A stretch of 62,447 nucleotides of DNA, counting the filler, from an uncultured Methanosarcinales archaeon (lineage in GTDB: Archaea; Nanobdellota; Nanobdellia; Woesearchaeales; CAYSVS01): the NCBI GenBank assembly GCA_964434475.1. It is 3 parts of 3 records of this genome, joined end to end, with 100 filler letters (N's around TTAATTAATTAA, not from the genome) between each part and the next. Parts side by side here need not be neighbours in the genome. Positions count along the whole stretch, not along the records: positions 22,920 to 30,522 come from CAYSVS010000002.1; positions 30,623 to 62,447 come from CAYSVS010000010.1; 1 more part is not named here. One strand, 5' to 3'. Positions within the stretch are counted from its first letter, which is position 1. Every line of letters starts with the position of its first letter. Under the pieces are notes generated by a model that saw nothing but the letters and a program-made list of their open reading frames with translations, ran no database searches and was not told the DNA's origin. A program made the translations under genes and the position numbers. Positions 29,435 through 40,600 of the stretch are shown piece by piece.

Positions 29435-29856
29435 TGAACTTTGAATTTAGCATAGATACAGGAAAAGCAAAAAAAGTTTTGCCTAATAAGATAAGAGCAT
29501 CAAGCTTATTCAAATCTGCCAAACAAGCTGTCGAAACAGCAAAAGAAATACCTTTAACCGGTAAAACTTCAAAGACTATCCTTAGGGAAAGCTACGAAGG
29601 ATTAAGAGAACATTGCGAAGCTATAGGATATCTGAAAGGATATAAATTCTTAGATCATGAATCGATAGGGTTCTTTTTGAGAGATATACTAAAAGAACTT
29701 GAAATATCAAAGAAATTTGACAGATACAGGAAATTAAGGAATGGCATCAATTATTATGGTAATGAGATAGATATAGAAACTGTAAAAAACGCTGTTGATG
29801 AAATTCCTAAGCTAATAAAAGAATTAGAAAGATATTCAACTTATAGAAACATTTAA
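29434..29856 (+). CDS. HEPN-like protein, partner of upstream MNT
   Basis: SD GAGGT, start overlaps MNT stop; ESYEGLRE, DHE, RKLRNGINYYG. Confidence 0.75.
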   Translation: MNFEFSIDTGKAKKVLPNKIRASSLFKSAKQAVETAKEIPLTGKTSKTILRESYEGLREHCEAIGYLKGYKFLDHESIGFFLRDILKELEISKKFDRYRKLRNGINYYGNEIDIETVKNAVDEIPKLIKELERYSTYRNI

Positions 29857-29882
29857 ATAATAAATTTTTAATATTCTATACA

Positions 29883-30522
29883 ATGCTTGATTTGAAACAT
29901 AAAATAAAGAGGTACTTCTCTTTCAGCAATGAAGAGATCAAAAGTCTGGTTATAGTCATTCTATTATTAGGATTCATTGTAGGATTTAATGACGGCAGGG
30001 CAACAACTGGTATAGACGCATACTATGGATTGAATATGTTAAGCTCAATACTTGTAGTAGCGTTAGCTGTTCTTGTGCATCTTTCTGTACAAAGAATAAC
30101 AGGATTGCAGGCAGGCTATAAGATCACATTCAGGATATGGTGGTATGGATTAGCGATAGGGTTAGTCTTTGCATTCATTACACAAGGACATTTTTGGTTA
30201 TTGCTTCCTGGTGGAATAATTGCGACAATGCTTGAAAAACATAGATTAGGAAAGTTCAGATATGGATTAAACTATCTGCCTTTAGGATACATAGGATTAT
30301 CAGGAAGCGCTGCAAACATATTATTGGCATTTTTCTTAAGGATAATATCAAAAATACCCTTGTTCGCATCAAATGTGCTGCTAGAAAAAGCAATACTTGT
30401 CAATATAGCATATGCAATATACACATATCTTCCTATTCCGCCTTTGGACGGATTTCCTATGCTTTACGCGTCTAGGTTAATTTATTTCTTTTCAGCAGGA
30501 GCATTAGTAGGAGCTTCATTTC
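29883..30522 (+). CDS. Site-2 protease (M50)-like membrane protein lacking HExxH (truncated by gap)
   Basis: Multi-TM; YLPIPPLDG motif; VHLSVQR at the HExxH position. Confidence 0.7.
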
Positions 30523-30622
30523 NNNNNNNNNNNNNNNNNNNNNNNNNNNNNNNNNNNNNNNNNNNNTTAATTAATTAANNNNNNNNNNNNNNNNNNNNNN
30601 NNNNNNNNNNNNNNNNNNNNNN
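30523..30622. other. Assembly gap with TTAATTAATTAA linker
   Basis: 44 N + 12-mer + 44 N. Confidence 0.97.
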
Positions 30623-30733
30623 AATGATTAATCTCATATTTAAAATATTATTTGAACCTTATTCCGGATGAACCCGAATTTATAGAAATATTTATAAACT
30701 GTTTTTCTAATCATAATCTAAAGAGGTAATTAT

Positions 30734-32755
30734 ATGGCATACATAATATCAATACTACTTATATCTTTTTTGGCTATCTTATTCTCTATATATCTTATAT
30801 CAAAGATACTAAAAAAACCTGTTGGCAATCAGAAGATGAAATGTCTTGCTGAAGAGATAAGGCAGGGTGCTATGACATTTCTTAAAAGAGAATATAAGAT
30901 ACTTTTCTGGTTTGTCGTGATAATAGCGGCTATAATATATTTTACATTGGAAAATGGAATTTATATATCTATATCTTTTATTATAGGAGCTTTTTTATCT
31001 ATACTTGCAGGTTATATAGGTATGGCGATAGCGACAAAAGCTAATGTTAGAACAGCAAATGCAGCAAGGATAAAAGGTTATTCAGCATTAGATATTGCAT
31101 TCTCAAGCGGAGCTGTTATGGGTATGACTGTAGTAGGATTAGGCTTATTGGGTGTAGGGAGCTTGTTTTACATATTGACTTCATTTTTAGATGTATCGTA
31201 CAGACTGGTTCCAAGCATCTTGACTGGATTTAGCCTAGGCGCAAGCTCTGTCGCATTGTTTGCAAGAGTTGGAGGAGGTATTTTTACAAAAGCTGCAGAT
31301 GTTGGAGCAGATTTGGTAGGAAAATTAGAAGCAGGAATACCAGAAGATGATGTGAGAAATCCTGCAGTTATAGCTGATAATGTTGGGGATAATGTTGGAG
31401 ATGTTGCTGGCATGGGAGCTGATCTATATGAAAGTTATGTTGGTAGTATAATTGCAGCTATGATTTTAGGTATAAGTTATGGATATAATGGTATTATCTT
31501 TCCCATGGTTTTGGCTGCATTAGGTATAATAGCATCTATCGTCGGAAGTTTTTTTGTAAAGATTAAGAAAAATGCAGAGATTCATGGTGTATTAAGGAAT
31601 GGTCTTCTTTCTGCGACGTTGATAGTATTTGTATTTTCCTGGTTTTTGACAAAGATGTTCTTGCAAAACTCTTTTGGCGTATATATCGCAATAGTATCAG
31701 GATTATTGGCAGGAGTTCTTATAGGACTTATGACTGAATATTATACTTCTGAAAAGTATAAGCATGTAAAAAGGATTGTTGAATCATCTAAAACAGGATA
31801 CGCAACAAATATCATAGAAGGTATAGCTTTAGGTTATAGCAGTACTGCATTGCCTATAATCACCATAGCCATAGCGATATTTTTCTCCTTTAAGTTCGCA
31901 GGATTATATGGGATAGCTATAGCAGCAGTAGGTATGCTTTCTACATTAGGTATAAGCTTGGCTTTGGACGCTTATGGTCCTGTAGCAGATAATGCTGGGG
32001 GTATTGCAGAGATGGCGGGCTTGCCGAAAAAAGTAAGAAAAATAACAGATGCATTAGACTCTGCCGGAAATACAACCGCAGCTATAGGCAAAGGTTTTGC
32101 CATAGGCTCGGCAGTATTGACAGCATTAGCATTGTTTACTGCTTTTGCTCAATCATCAGGATTAAGTAAGATAGATATAATGAATCCTTTGGTTGTCATT
32201 GGCTTGTTGATAGGTTCTATGCTTCCTTTTTTGTTTTGTTCCTTGATAATGAGAGCTGTAAGCAGAGCAGCATTTAAGATGATAGAGGAAGTAAGATGGC
32301 AATTCAATAATATAAAAGGATTGATGAAAGGCAAAGCAAAAGCAGATCATACAAGATGTATTGATATAGCTACAATAAGCGCATTGAAAGAGATGATAAT
32401 GCCGGGTATTTTAGCTGTTGTCATTCCTATATTTATGGGGTTTTTGTTTGGTGTAGAAGCATTAGGCGGATTGCTTGCAGGAGCATTGACAACTGGTGCG
32501 ATGCTTGCTATATCTATGGCAAACTCAGGAGGAGCCTGGGACAATGCAAAAAAGTATATAGAATCAAGAAACATTCGAAAAAGCAAACAATACTCATATA
32601 TGCATAAGGCGGCTGTTGTAGGAGATACTGTGGGAGATCCATTTAAGGACACAGCAGGACCAAGCTTAAATATCTTAATCAAGCTGATGAGCATAGTTGC
32701 GCTTGTGTTCGTACCATTATTCTGGAAGTATGGCGCTTTGTTGGGATTAGGATAG
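30734..32755 (+). CDS. hppA: Membrane-bound pyrophosphatase, K+-dependent, probably Na+-pumping
   Basis: [35 protein letters not shown] (Ala = K+-dependent type), [10 protein letters not shown]. Confidence 0.95.
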   Translation: MAYIISILLISFLAILFSIYLISKILKKPVGNQKMKCLAEEIRQGAMTFLKREYKILFWFVVIIAAIIYFTLENGIYISISFIIGAFLSILAGYIGMAIATKANVRTANAARIKGYSALDIAFSSGAVMGMTVVGLGLLGVGSLFYILTSFLDVSYRLVPSILTGFSLGASSVALFARVGGGIFTKAADVGADLVGKLEAGIPEDDVRNPAVIADNVGDNVGDVAGMGADLYESYVGSIIAAMILGISYGYNGIIFPMVLAALGIIASIVGSFFVKIKKNAEIHGVLRNGLLSATLIVFVFSWFLTKMFLQNSFGVYIAIVSGLLAGVLIGLMTEYYTSEKYKHVKRIVESSKTGYATNIIEGIALGYSSTALPIITIAIAIFFSFKFAGLYGIAIAAVGMLSTLGISLALDAYGPVADNAGGIAEMAGLPKKVRKITDALDSAGNTTAAIGKGFAIGSAVLTALALFTAFAQSSGLSKIDIMNPLVVIGLLIGSMLPFLFCSLIMRAVSRAAFKMIEEVRWQFNNIKGLMKGKAKADHTRCIDIATISALKEMIMPGILAVVIPIFMGFLFGVEALGGLLAGALTTGAMLAISMANSGGAWDNAKKYIESRNIRKSKQYSYMHKAAVVGDTVGDPFKDTAGPSLNILIKLMSIVALVFVPLFWKYGALLGLG

Positions 32756-32809
32756 ATTTATATTTATCCATTTTTTATTAAATACTAAAATTATCTTTTA
32801 GGTGGGCTT

Positions 32810-33925
32810 ATGGAATACAATAATAAAGAAGAGAAATCAGATAAAGAAGAAAAAACAACTGAAGAAGAAAAAACAACTGAAGAAGAGATAAGATTAACCT
32901 GCACTGCATCCTGCTCAGGATGTGCAGCAAAAATTCCGCCAAATTATCTGCAGGGATTATTGGACAAGGTTGATTTTTTCAAACATGATGATGTTCTTGT
33001 AGATGGCTCAAAATTTGATGATGCTGGTGTTTATTTATTGAACAAAGAACAAGCTATAGTAAATACTACTGATTTTTTTCCGCCTGTTGTTGATGATCCT
33101 TATTATTTCGGTCAGATAGCGACAGCAAATGCATTGAGTGATATTTATGCTATGGGTGCTGTTCCTAAGACAGCATTAGCTTTAGTGGGTTTTCCAAGCA
33201 AATCTATGGATTCAGAAATACTCAAAAATATAATGAAAGGCTGTGCTGATAAATTAAAAGAAGCAAATACAAGCCTAGTTGGCGGACATTCAATCAGACT
33301 AGGTGAGCCTCTTTTTGGTGTTGCATTGACAGGCATTGTCCATCCAGACAAGATTTGTACAAATTCCAATGCAACCTGCAACAATGATATCATATTGACA
33401 AAACCTTTAGGTACAGGAATACTGAATACAGCAATGAAATCTGGCAAGATTGACAAAGAATTGACACTAAATATATATTCTACTATGGCGCAGCTTAATG
33501 ACAAAGCGTCTAAGGCTGCTATTGAGCATGATGCTAAAGCAATCACAGACGTAACAGGTTTTTCACTTATAGGACATAGCTTAGAGGTTGCTAAAGCGTC
33601 TGATGTTGGAATAGAGATATTCTATAACAAACTTCATCTAATAGATGAAACTGTTGAAATGTTTGCAAAGCAAGGCATTGTTCCAGGAGCGACAAATACA
33701 AATCTAAATCATTATAGCAAAGATACTATTTTGTCTGATAAAATTGAGCAATATATGAAGAATATATTGTTTGATCCGCAGACTTCTGGGGGCTTGTTGA
33801 TATTTGTAGAGCCAGAACATACTGATTCCCTTTTATCGAGCTTAAAAGATTTAGATATAGATGCCAGAGCAATAGGCAGAACAACTTCTGAGAATAAAGG
33901 AAAGGTTAAAATAAGTTATAATTGA
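32810..33925 (+). CDS. selD: Selenophosphate synthetase (Cys-type)
   Basis: SGCAAKI, DDAGVY, TTDFFPPVVDDPYYFG, NALSDIYAMG, GGHS, LTKPLGTG, TDVTGF, DPQTSGGLL. Confidence 0.93.
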   Translation: MEYNNKEEKSDKEEKTTEEEKTTEEEIRLTCTASCSGCAAKIPPNYLQGLLDKVDFFKHDDVLVDGSKFDDAGVYLLNKEQAIVNTTDFFPPVVDDPYYFGQIATANALSDIYAMGAVPKTALALVGFPSKSMDSEILKNIMKGCADKLKEANTSLVGGHSIRLGEPLFGVALTGIVHPDKICTNSNATCNNDIILTKPLGTGILNTAMKSGKIDKELTLNIYSTMAQLNDKASKAAIEHDAKAITDVTGFSLIGHSLEVAKASDVGIEIFYNKLHLIDETVEMFAKQGIVPGATNTNLNHYSKDTILSDKIEQYMKNILFDPQTSGGLLIFVEPEHTDSLLSSLKDLDIDARAIGRTTSENKGKVKISYN

Positions 33926-34517
33926 ATTTCAACATAGATTCAAGTTCTTTTACTGCTTGCTCTTCTTCACCTTTTCTTACTGTTATGCCTTTGCCACCCA
34001 TATTTTTGAAAGCATCTACATTTGCTGGCTTGTCATCTAAGAAAATTGCTTCATCTGGTTTCACATGCAGTTCATCTAATGCAATTTCATATATTTTCTT
34101 TTCAGGTTTTCTTGTTCCTTTTTCGCATGAAAGAACATAAATATCTATAAATTCAAAATTTCTTTCTCTTATTATCCTTGCACCATAATCTTCTGTATTG
34201 GACAACAAGCCAATCTTATAATTATTGCCATGTAATTTTCTTGCCATGTCAACCATAATAGGAATCTCTTGATATGCATTTTTGAAAGCATCATAAAGAA
34301 GATTGTTTTTGATATCAATATTATGTTCTTTTTTCATATTATCCAAAAACATATCTTGTTTGATCTTGCCTTTTTGCATATCTTCATTATATTTTCTATA
34401 GGTTCTAAGTATGCTTTTTTTATCTAATCTTAACTCTTTAGAGATATAATTGATGATATTTCTTACAGGATCCTTTACTAATACGCCTCCAAGGTCAAAG
34501 ATAATGCTTTGAATCAT
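33906..34517 (-). CDS. HAD-superfamily phosphatase (YihX-like)
   Basis: FDLGGV, LSNT, RKPE, FLDDKPANV. Confidence 0.88.
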   Translation of the reverse strand: MIQSIIFDLGGVLVKDPVRNIINYISKELRLDKKSILRTYRKYNEDMQKGKIKQDMFLDNMKKEHNIDIKNNLLYDAFKNAYQEIPIMVDMARKLHGNNYKIGLLSNTEDYGARIIRERNFEFIDIYVLSCEKGTRKPEKKIYEIALDELHVKPDEAIFLDDKPANVDAFKNMGGKGITVRKGEEEQAVKELESMLKFNYNLF

Positions 34518-34606
34518 AAAAAAGGGTAATTCTTGGTTCAATAAAAATCTTTCCTATGCTCTTACTGTATATACAGACAATTTAAAAGTCTATAAAACAA
34601 TACTAT

Positions 34607-34822
34607 ATGTCTGAGGTGATGTTCAATATGGCAAAAAAAAGAGGATTGTTTAGAAAAAAGAAGCAATGCGATAGTTCAATGTGGATTGCGTATATTGCAT
34701 TGATTATCGGTCTGCTCTGGTTAATGAGTGAACTTAAACTATTTGTGCTCAATATTCCGTGGCTGCCTTTGATTATAGTGCTATATGCGATAGATTGTGT
34801 GATTAAAGCGCATAATAGATAG
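34607..34822 (+). CDS. Small two-TM membrane protein (start may be 34628)
   Basis: Two hydrophobic helices; GAGGTGA SD upstream of the internal ATG. Confidence 0.7.
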   Translation: MSEVMFNMAKKRGLFRKKKQCDSSMWIAYIALIIGLLWLMSELKLFVLNIPWLPLIIVLYAIDCVIKAHNR

Positions 34823-34891
34823 TAATTATTTTTTTATTTTTTTATTTCGGTTTCTACCTAAATATATGAACATGTTTATATACTATAATAT

Positions 34892-35806
34892 ATGCTTTCT
34901 TTTTTGGTGATATTTATGAAAAAAATTATGGACTATTACAGGAAACATAAAGATGGTGTTTTTTTGACAATATTAATTTTAGTATTGCTGATTGCTATGT
35001 CAAGCAAGATAAATATTCCTGGTGCATCTCAATTTGCTGCTGTATCATATGAATCTCCAAGCTATAGAGGTGCAGGCATTGATGAGACAGCTTTGTCAAC
35101 AAAATCTTTGTCTCCTGAAATAGCGATGGATTCTTCTGAAAGCTATGGTGAAAAATTGAGGAAAACAAGCAATATAAGATTAGAGACCGAACGAGATCAA
35201 TACTATGAGACAAAAGAAAAGATAAAGGCATTTGCGCAAAGCTTTGATGGTTATTATACCAATGAAAATGAGTACGCACATAGCTATAAAGATATTGAAT
35301 ATAGAACTTATAGTATAACCCTAAAGGTTCCTGTTGATAAATTTGAAGCAGCTGTAGAAGCTGTCAAGAGTTCAGCAGAGCTTGAAAACTATAATGTCAA
35401 TGTATATGATATGACTATCCAATACCAAGACCTAGAAGCATATCTTAATTCTTACAAGAAAGAAAAAAAAAGGATAGAATCTTTACTTGACAAAGCTGAA
35501 CACATCTCAGATATCATAGAGATAGAAGAGCAATTGTCAAGAATACAAAGACAGATTGACAGCTATCAAAGGCAGTTGACAAATATAGATAGACAAACAG
35601 ATTATTCTGTGATAAGTGTAAGCTTAAGCGAAAAAAGAGACATTGCATATAAGATCGTAACAATGACTCCACTGAAGCAATTGGTAAGCAATATCGTAGG
35701 AAGCTTTGACAAATTGCTTGTTTTCATAAGCTATGCTGTTGGCTGGATAGTACCAATAGGTTTAATCTGGCTATTGTGGAAAGGTTATAATAGAGTCAAG
35801 AGATAG
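34892..35806 (+). CDS. DUF4349-like membrane protein
   Basis: N- and C-terminal TM; ITLKVP, DMTIQYQD, LLDKA...IIEIEEQLSRIQ, TDYSVISVSL. Confidence 0.8.
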   Translation: MLSFLVIFMKKIMDYYRKHKDGVFLTILILVLLIAMSSKINIPGASQFAAVSYESPSYRGAGIDETALSTKSLSPEIAMDSSESYGEKLRKTSNIRLETERDQYYETKEKIKAFAQSFDGYYTNENEYAHSYKDIEYRTYSITLKVPVDKFEAAVEAVKSSAELENYNVNVYDMTIQYQDLEAYLNSYKKEKKRIESLLDKAEHISDIIEIEEQLSRIQRQIDSYQRQLTNIDRQTDYSVISVSLSEKRDIAYKIVTMTPLKQLVSNIVGSFDKLLVFISYAVGWIVPIGLIWLLWKGYNRVKR

Positions 35807-35925
35807 GTTTTTTTATTTTTTTAAATTTTTTCTCAAAAAACTTTATATAATAATAAATAATAATATCTATAATATATAGATGTAACTAAATAACCTGATA
35901 TTTGTAAGCAAAAAGAGGTATAAGA

Positions 35926-37101
35926 ATGAAATCTTTGAAAAGTATGAAACTAAAAAATAAGTATGTAATTCTTAGGGCTGATATTGATGTGCCTTTAGAC
36001 AAAAAAGGAAAGATAACAGACGATTCTAGATTAAAGGCTATGGTTCCTACATTAGAATATCTGAGAAAAAAGAATGCTATGACTATAGTGATAGGTCATA
36101 TAGACAGGCCCAAAGGCAAGATTGTTGATAAACTAAAAACAGATGTTGTTGCAGAAAGATTAGCAAGATTATTGAAACATCCTGTATTCAAGCTTGATGA
36201 CTGTATTGGTCAGGATGTTGAGTATTTTGTAGATGAGATGGTGGATAAAGAAATAGTGGTTCTTGAAAACTTGAGATTCTATGAAGAAGAAAAAAAGAAT
36301 TCAATAAAGTTTGCAAGAAGTTTGGCTGATCTAGGAAACATATATGTTAATGATTGCTTTTCAACCTGTCATAGGAAACATGCCAGCATAGTAGGTATAC
36401 CTAAATTTTTGCCAAGCTGTATAGGCTTTAATGTTGAAAAAGAGATTAAAGGATTAGAAAAAGCTCGAAAACCGAAAAAGCCGTTTATGGCGATTCTTGG
36501 AGCAGCTAAGATTTCTGACAAGATAGGGTTGATAGATGCGCTGTGCAAAAAAGTTGACAAACTATTGCTTGGAGGAGCTATTATATTCACATTTCTAAAA
36601 GCTCAAGGATATGAGGTAGGCAAAAGCCTGGTAGATGATTCAAAAATAAAGGATTGTAAAAGATTATTAAAGAAATATAAAGATAAGATTATCCTTCCTG
36701 TTGATATTGTTGTTGCTAAAAGCAGGGATTCCAAACAAAAGAAAACTGTTGCTATAGATGATATTCCTAAATCTTATTCAGGATATGATATAGGTAAAAA
36801 AACAATAAGTTTATTTGAAAAAGAACTGAAAAAAGCAAAGACTGTTTTTTGGAATGGTCCTTTAGGTGTGTTTGAGAAAAAGGCATTTGCAAATGGAACA
36901 AGGAAAATCGCAAAAATTTTGGCAGATTCAAAGAAGATCATTATAATAGGTGGCGGAGATACTGGTGCAGCAATTCACAAATACAAGCTTGCAAAAAAGT
37001 TCACACATGTATCTACTGCTGGTGGAGCTGCAATTGAGTATGTAGAAGGAAATAAATTGCCTGGTTTTAAAAAACAGGCTCAAAAAAGTAAAGTTTTTTA
37101 A
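35926..37101 (+). CDS. pgk: Phosphoglycerate kinase
   Basis: RADIDVP, GHIDRP, LENLRF, HRKHAS, GAAKISDK, WNGPLG, GGGDT, STAGGA. Confidence 0.96.
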   Translation: MKSLKSMKLKNKYVILRADIDVPLDKKGKITDDSRLKAMVPTLEYLRKKNAMTIVIGHIDRPKGKIVDKLKTDVVAERLARLLKHPVFKLDDCIGQDVEYFVDEMVDKEIVVLENLRFYEEEKKNSIKFARSLADLGNIYVNDCFSTCHRKHASIVGIPKFLPSCIGFNVEKEIKGLEKARKPKKPFMAILGAAKISDKIGLIDALCKKVDKLLLGGAIIFTFLKAQGYEVGKSLVDDSKIKDCKRLLKKYKDKIILPVDIVVAKSRDSKQKKTVAIDDIPKSYSGYDIGKKTISLFEKELKKAKTVFWNGPLGVFEKKAFANGTRKIAKILADSKKIIIIGGGDTGAAIHKYKLAKKFTHVSTAGGAAIEYVEGNKLPGFKKQAQKSKVF

Positions 37102-37150
37102 GTTTTTTTTCATAATTTGACTGTTTTATCACTGCATAATGCTAACTAAA

Positions 37151-37166
37151 CAGTTAGATTTAAATA
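37151..37166 (+). promoter_or_regulatory. Variant promoter CAGTTAGATTTAAATA
   Basis: Fourth copy of the shared motif, 85 nt upstream of ATG 37252. Confidence 0.65.
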
Positions 37167-37251
37167 GTTCTTGCATATAATATTCTTTACTTACTAAAAA
37201 AAAGGGTTCTTAGGTGTTAGACATAGCTATGTTAAAAGGAGGAATACCAAA

Positions 37252-37653
37252 ATGAAATATCATAGAAACACATTAGCGAATAAAGACGATTTGAAGGCAA
37301 TAGTAAACAATACTGGAGTCAAATATAATAATAAGATAAATCCATTTTCAAATAATCATTTTAGCAAATATCAATCTACTTATAGAGCAATATCTAAAGG
37401 AATAAAATATACTGCGATGGGATTGGTCGCTGCACTTTACATCACTGGTTGTGGTGGCGGCGGAGGCGGCGGTGCTTCAGGCGGAGGTTCTTATGTGGGA
37501 ACGCAAGAAATAACTGTAGGAAATCCGACAGATCAGCAAAAAAATAAATGGAAACAAGAGAACGAAGAAGAACAGAATGAAGATGAAGGCATCGTTGACC
37601 AAGGCGATCAAGGTTCAGTAGAAGAATCACAACCCAATCTAGGAGATTTTTAG
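37252..37653 (+). CDS. Small Gly-rich membrane/lipoprotein-like protein
   Basis: SD AGGAGG; TAMGLVAALYITGC followed by poly-Gly, acidic tail. Confidence 0.75.
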   Translation: MKYHRNTLANKDDLKAIVNNTGVKYNNKINPFSNNHFSKYQSTYRAISKGIKYTAMGLVAALYITGCGGGGGGGASGGGSYVGTQEITVGNPTDQQKNKWKQENEEEQNEDEGIVDQGDQGSVEESQPNLGDF

Positions 37654-37671
37654 AATAAATTAAGATACAAA

Positions 37672-40600
37672 ATGAAGAACAGCAGAGGGACAACAAAACT
37701 TGTAACGATTTTACTAGTCTTTTTGTTATTCATAAGCACAGTAAATGCTGCTACTTTCACATTAAAAGCTTTGGCAAGAGATGTAGATATGCCTGAAAAA
37801 AGGATAAATCCTTCTTATATAATTGTAAACGGAGCAGGCAAAGATGCTGATCCTTATGCATTTTTCACAGTTGAAGGAAACCAAATTGCTACTATTACAG
37901 CTGGAGCTTCAAATTACAATTCTACAACATTGAAATATTTCTTTGACAATGACCTGCAAAGTTGTTCAGGTAATTCTTGTACTTTTCAGCAGACTTATGG
38001 AAGTCATACGTATTCGACAAACTGCGATCTTGCTCAAAGCAGTCCTGCCATATACTTATGCAGGATAAGCGATGAGGAAGGGGATGCAATAAGATTTTAT
38101 TATGGTCCTGAAAGCAACCAATTATTAATAACTGCTTATCTTTCAGAACAGAACGAGGTTATACTTCCTCCTAACAATGAAGCTCCTGAGCTAACATCAA
38201 CAATCCCTGATCAATCTTCAAACGAGGATAGTTCCTGGACATTGGACTTGTCAAGCTATAAGTCAGATGAAGAGGATGACCCTGAAGATCTTACATGGGA
38301 CTATTATGGAAACGATGCAAGCTTATTCGGTGTAAGCATAAATGGTGATGTTTTTACATTCACTCCTATTGCTAACAAATGTGGTTCTGATACAATGACC
38401 ATTGTTTTAGAAGATACAAAAGGAGAGACAGATAGGCAGGATATTGATGTTAATATTAATTGCGTGAATGACGCTCCTGAAATATCGCCAAGTATTCCTA
38501 ATCAGAATGCTGATGAAGATGTTGCAGCATGGCAATTGGATCTATCAGATTATGAATCAGACATTGACAGCACAAGTTTGTCATGGAGCGTATCAAATAT
38601 AGATACTAATTTGATAAGTGTGAGTATCAACAATAACATAGTAACCTTTACGCCAGTATCGAACGCTTATGGTTCTGATACAATAACATTTACATTAACA
38701 GATGATGACGGAGCTTCTGATACACAGGATATAACAATTACAATAAACTCAGTAAACAATGCTCCTCAAATAAGTTCGATCCCAGAACAAATAAAAGATG
38801 AAGATTCTTCAGATTGGGACATTGACTTATCCAGCTATGGGTCAGACATAGATAGTGCAAGCTTAACATGGACTGTTTCAAGCATAGATACAAGCTTGAT
38901 AGACATCAGTATTGATGGTGATACAGCTACATTTTCGGTAGTAGCAGATGCTTATGGAAGTGATACTGTCATATTTACACTAACAGATGATCAAGGAGCT
39001 GCAGATACACAAGAAGTAGATATAACTATAAACTCAGTCAATGATGCTCCATTAGGAAGCAATATTGAGATTACGCCTTCTACAGCTTATACTGATGATG
39101 ATCTTACATGTTCTATAGATTATGATGATATTGAGAATGATGCTGAAAGTGGAAGCATATACAAATGGTTCAAGAACAGCGTAGAGATAACAGGTCAAAG
39201 TTTAAGTACATTGGCAGGATCTGAATTTGTAAAAGATGATGAGATATATTGTACTTATACTCCTAGCGATGGAGAAGACTTTGGAAGTGAAATAACGTCT
39301 TCTTCAATAACAATACAGAATACAGCACCGACTATAACATTAACAAGCCCTATAGGAGAAGAGAATTGGACAGGATTAAATAATATAACTTGGACATCAA
39401 ATGATGTTGATTCAGATACTATAACCTTAGATATTGAATACAGTGATGACGGAACAAACTGGCAGTCAGTTGCATCAGCAATAGCAAATTCAGGAAGTTA
39501 TGAATGGGACACATCTTCTGTTTCAGATACGAACGCTGCTATGATTAGGATGACTGCAACAGATTCAATTGAATCAGATAATGATGAATCTAACACATTC
39601 CTTATAGATAATTATGCACCTAATGTTACACTGACTACTGTTAACAATTCTTGGTTTAATTCTAATTTAGTAACTTTGACATATGATGTGCAGGATAGTA
39701 GCTTAAGTTCATGCAGCTTATATGGAGATTTTAATGGAACTTTTGCTTTGAATCAGACAGATAATGCTCCTATGATTGGCACTAATTCATTTATTGTAGA
39801 CGTTCAAGAAGGTACTTATGCTTGGACTGTTTCATGTACTGATAGTGTTGCAAAGACAACAATGGCTGATCAATCTGCATTTAAGGTTGATACGACAATG
39901 CCTTTGGTAAACTTTATCGCACCTACACCAGATAATGATACTATAGTAGCAAGCACTGACTTGACAATAAACATGTCCATTACAGAGGATAATGTGGATA
40001 GTGTTGTGCTGAATATGTTGGGAGATTATGTCTATGACCTAATCAGTGAGGGAGAGACCAAGACATATACTTTGCATGGCATTGATTATGAGGTTGAAAA
40101 CATTATTGTCACAGACATAGCACCAGTTAGTGTAATGTTCAAAGTCAATGGAGCAACCACTTCTGCTCTTGGAGCTGGTGAAGAATATCGGTTGTCTGAT
40201 GATACATTCATAGGGGTTGTGAACTTCATTGACCCTGATGCAGGAGATATTAGTGACGATATAGCTAATTTTTACATAAAATCCTTGAATACGTCAATCT
40301 TGGTATCACCTTATGAAAAAACCTTCTCTGGACTGGAAGATGGAGAGTATACTTTCTATGCGACTGTTAATGATAGTGCTAAAAATATAAACACAACTGA
40401 GACAAGAACAATAAGGATTGATGGAAATTTACCTGTGGTTGATCTGATATCTCCTGATGATAATTTTGTTTCAGATTCTGGCGAAATCACATTTGAATAT
40501 ATAGGGACTGATGTATATCTAACTTCTTGCAGTTTATACACTAACTCATCAGGCATTTGGGATATTGATGATGCAGATAACAATATTACCTCAAATATAC

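Noticed and set aside
22864..30578. TTAATTAATTAA palindromes at 22864-22875 and 30567-30578
   Set aside because: Artificial scaffold linkers centred in N runs
32810..32940. Selenocysteine-containing SelD
   Set aside because: Active-site codon is Cys (TGT); no in-frame TGA
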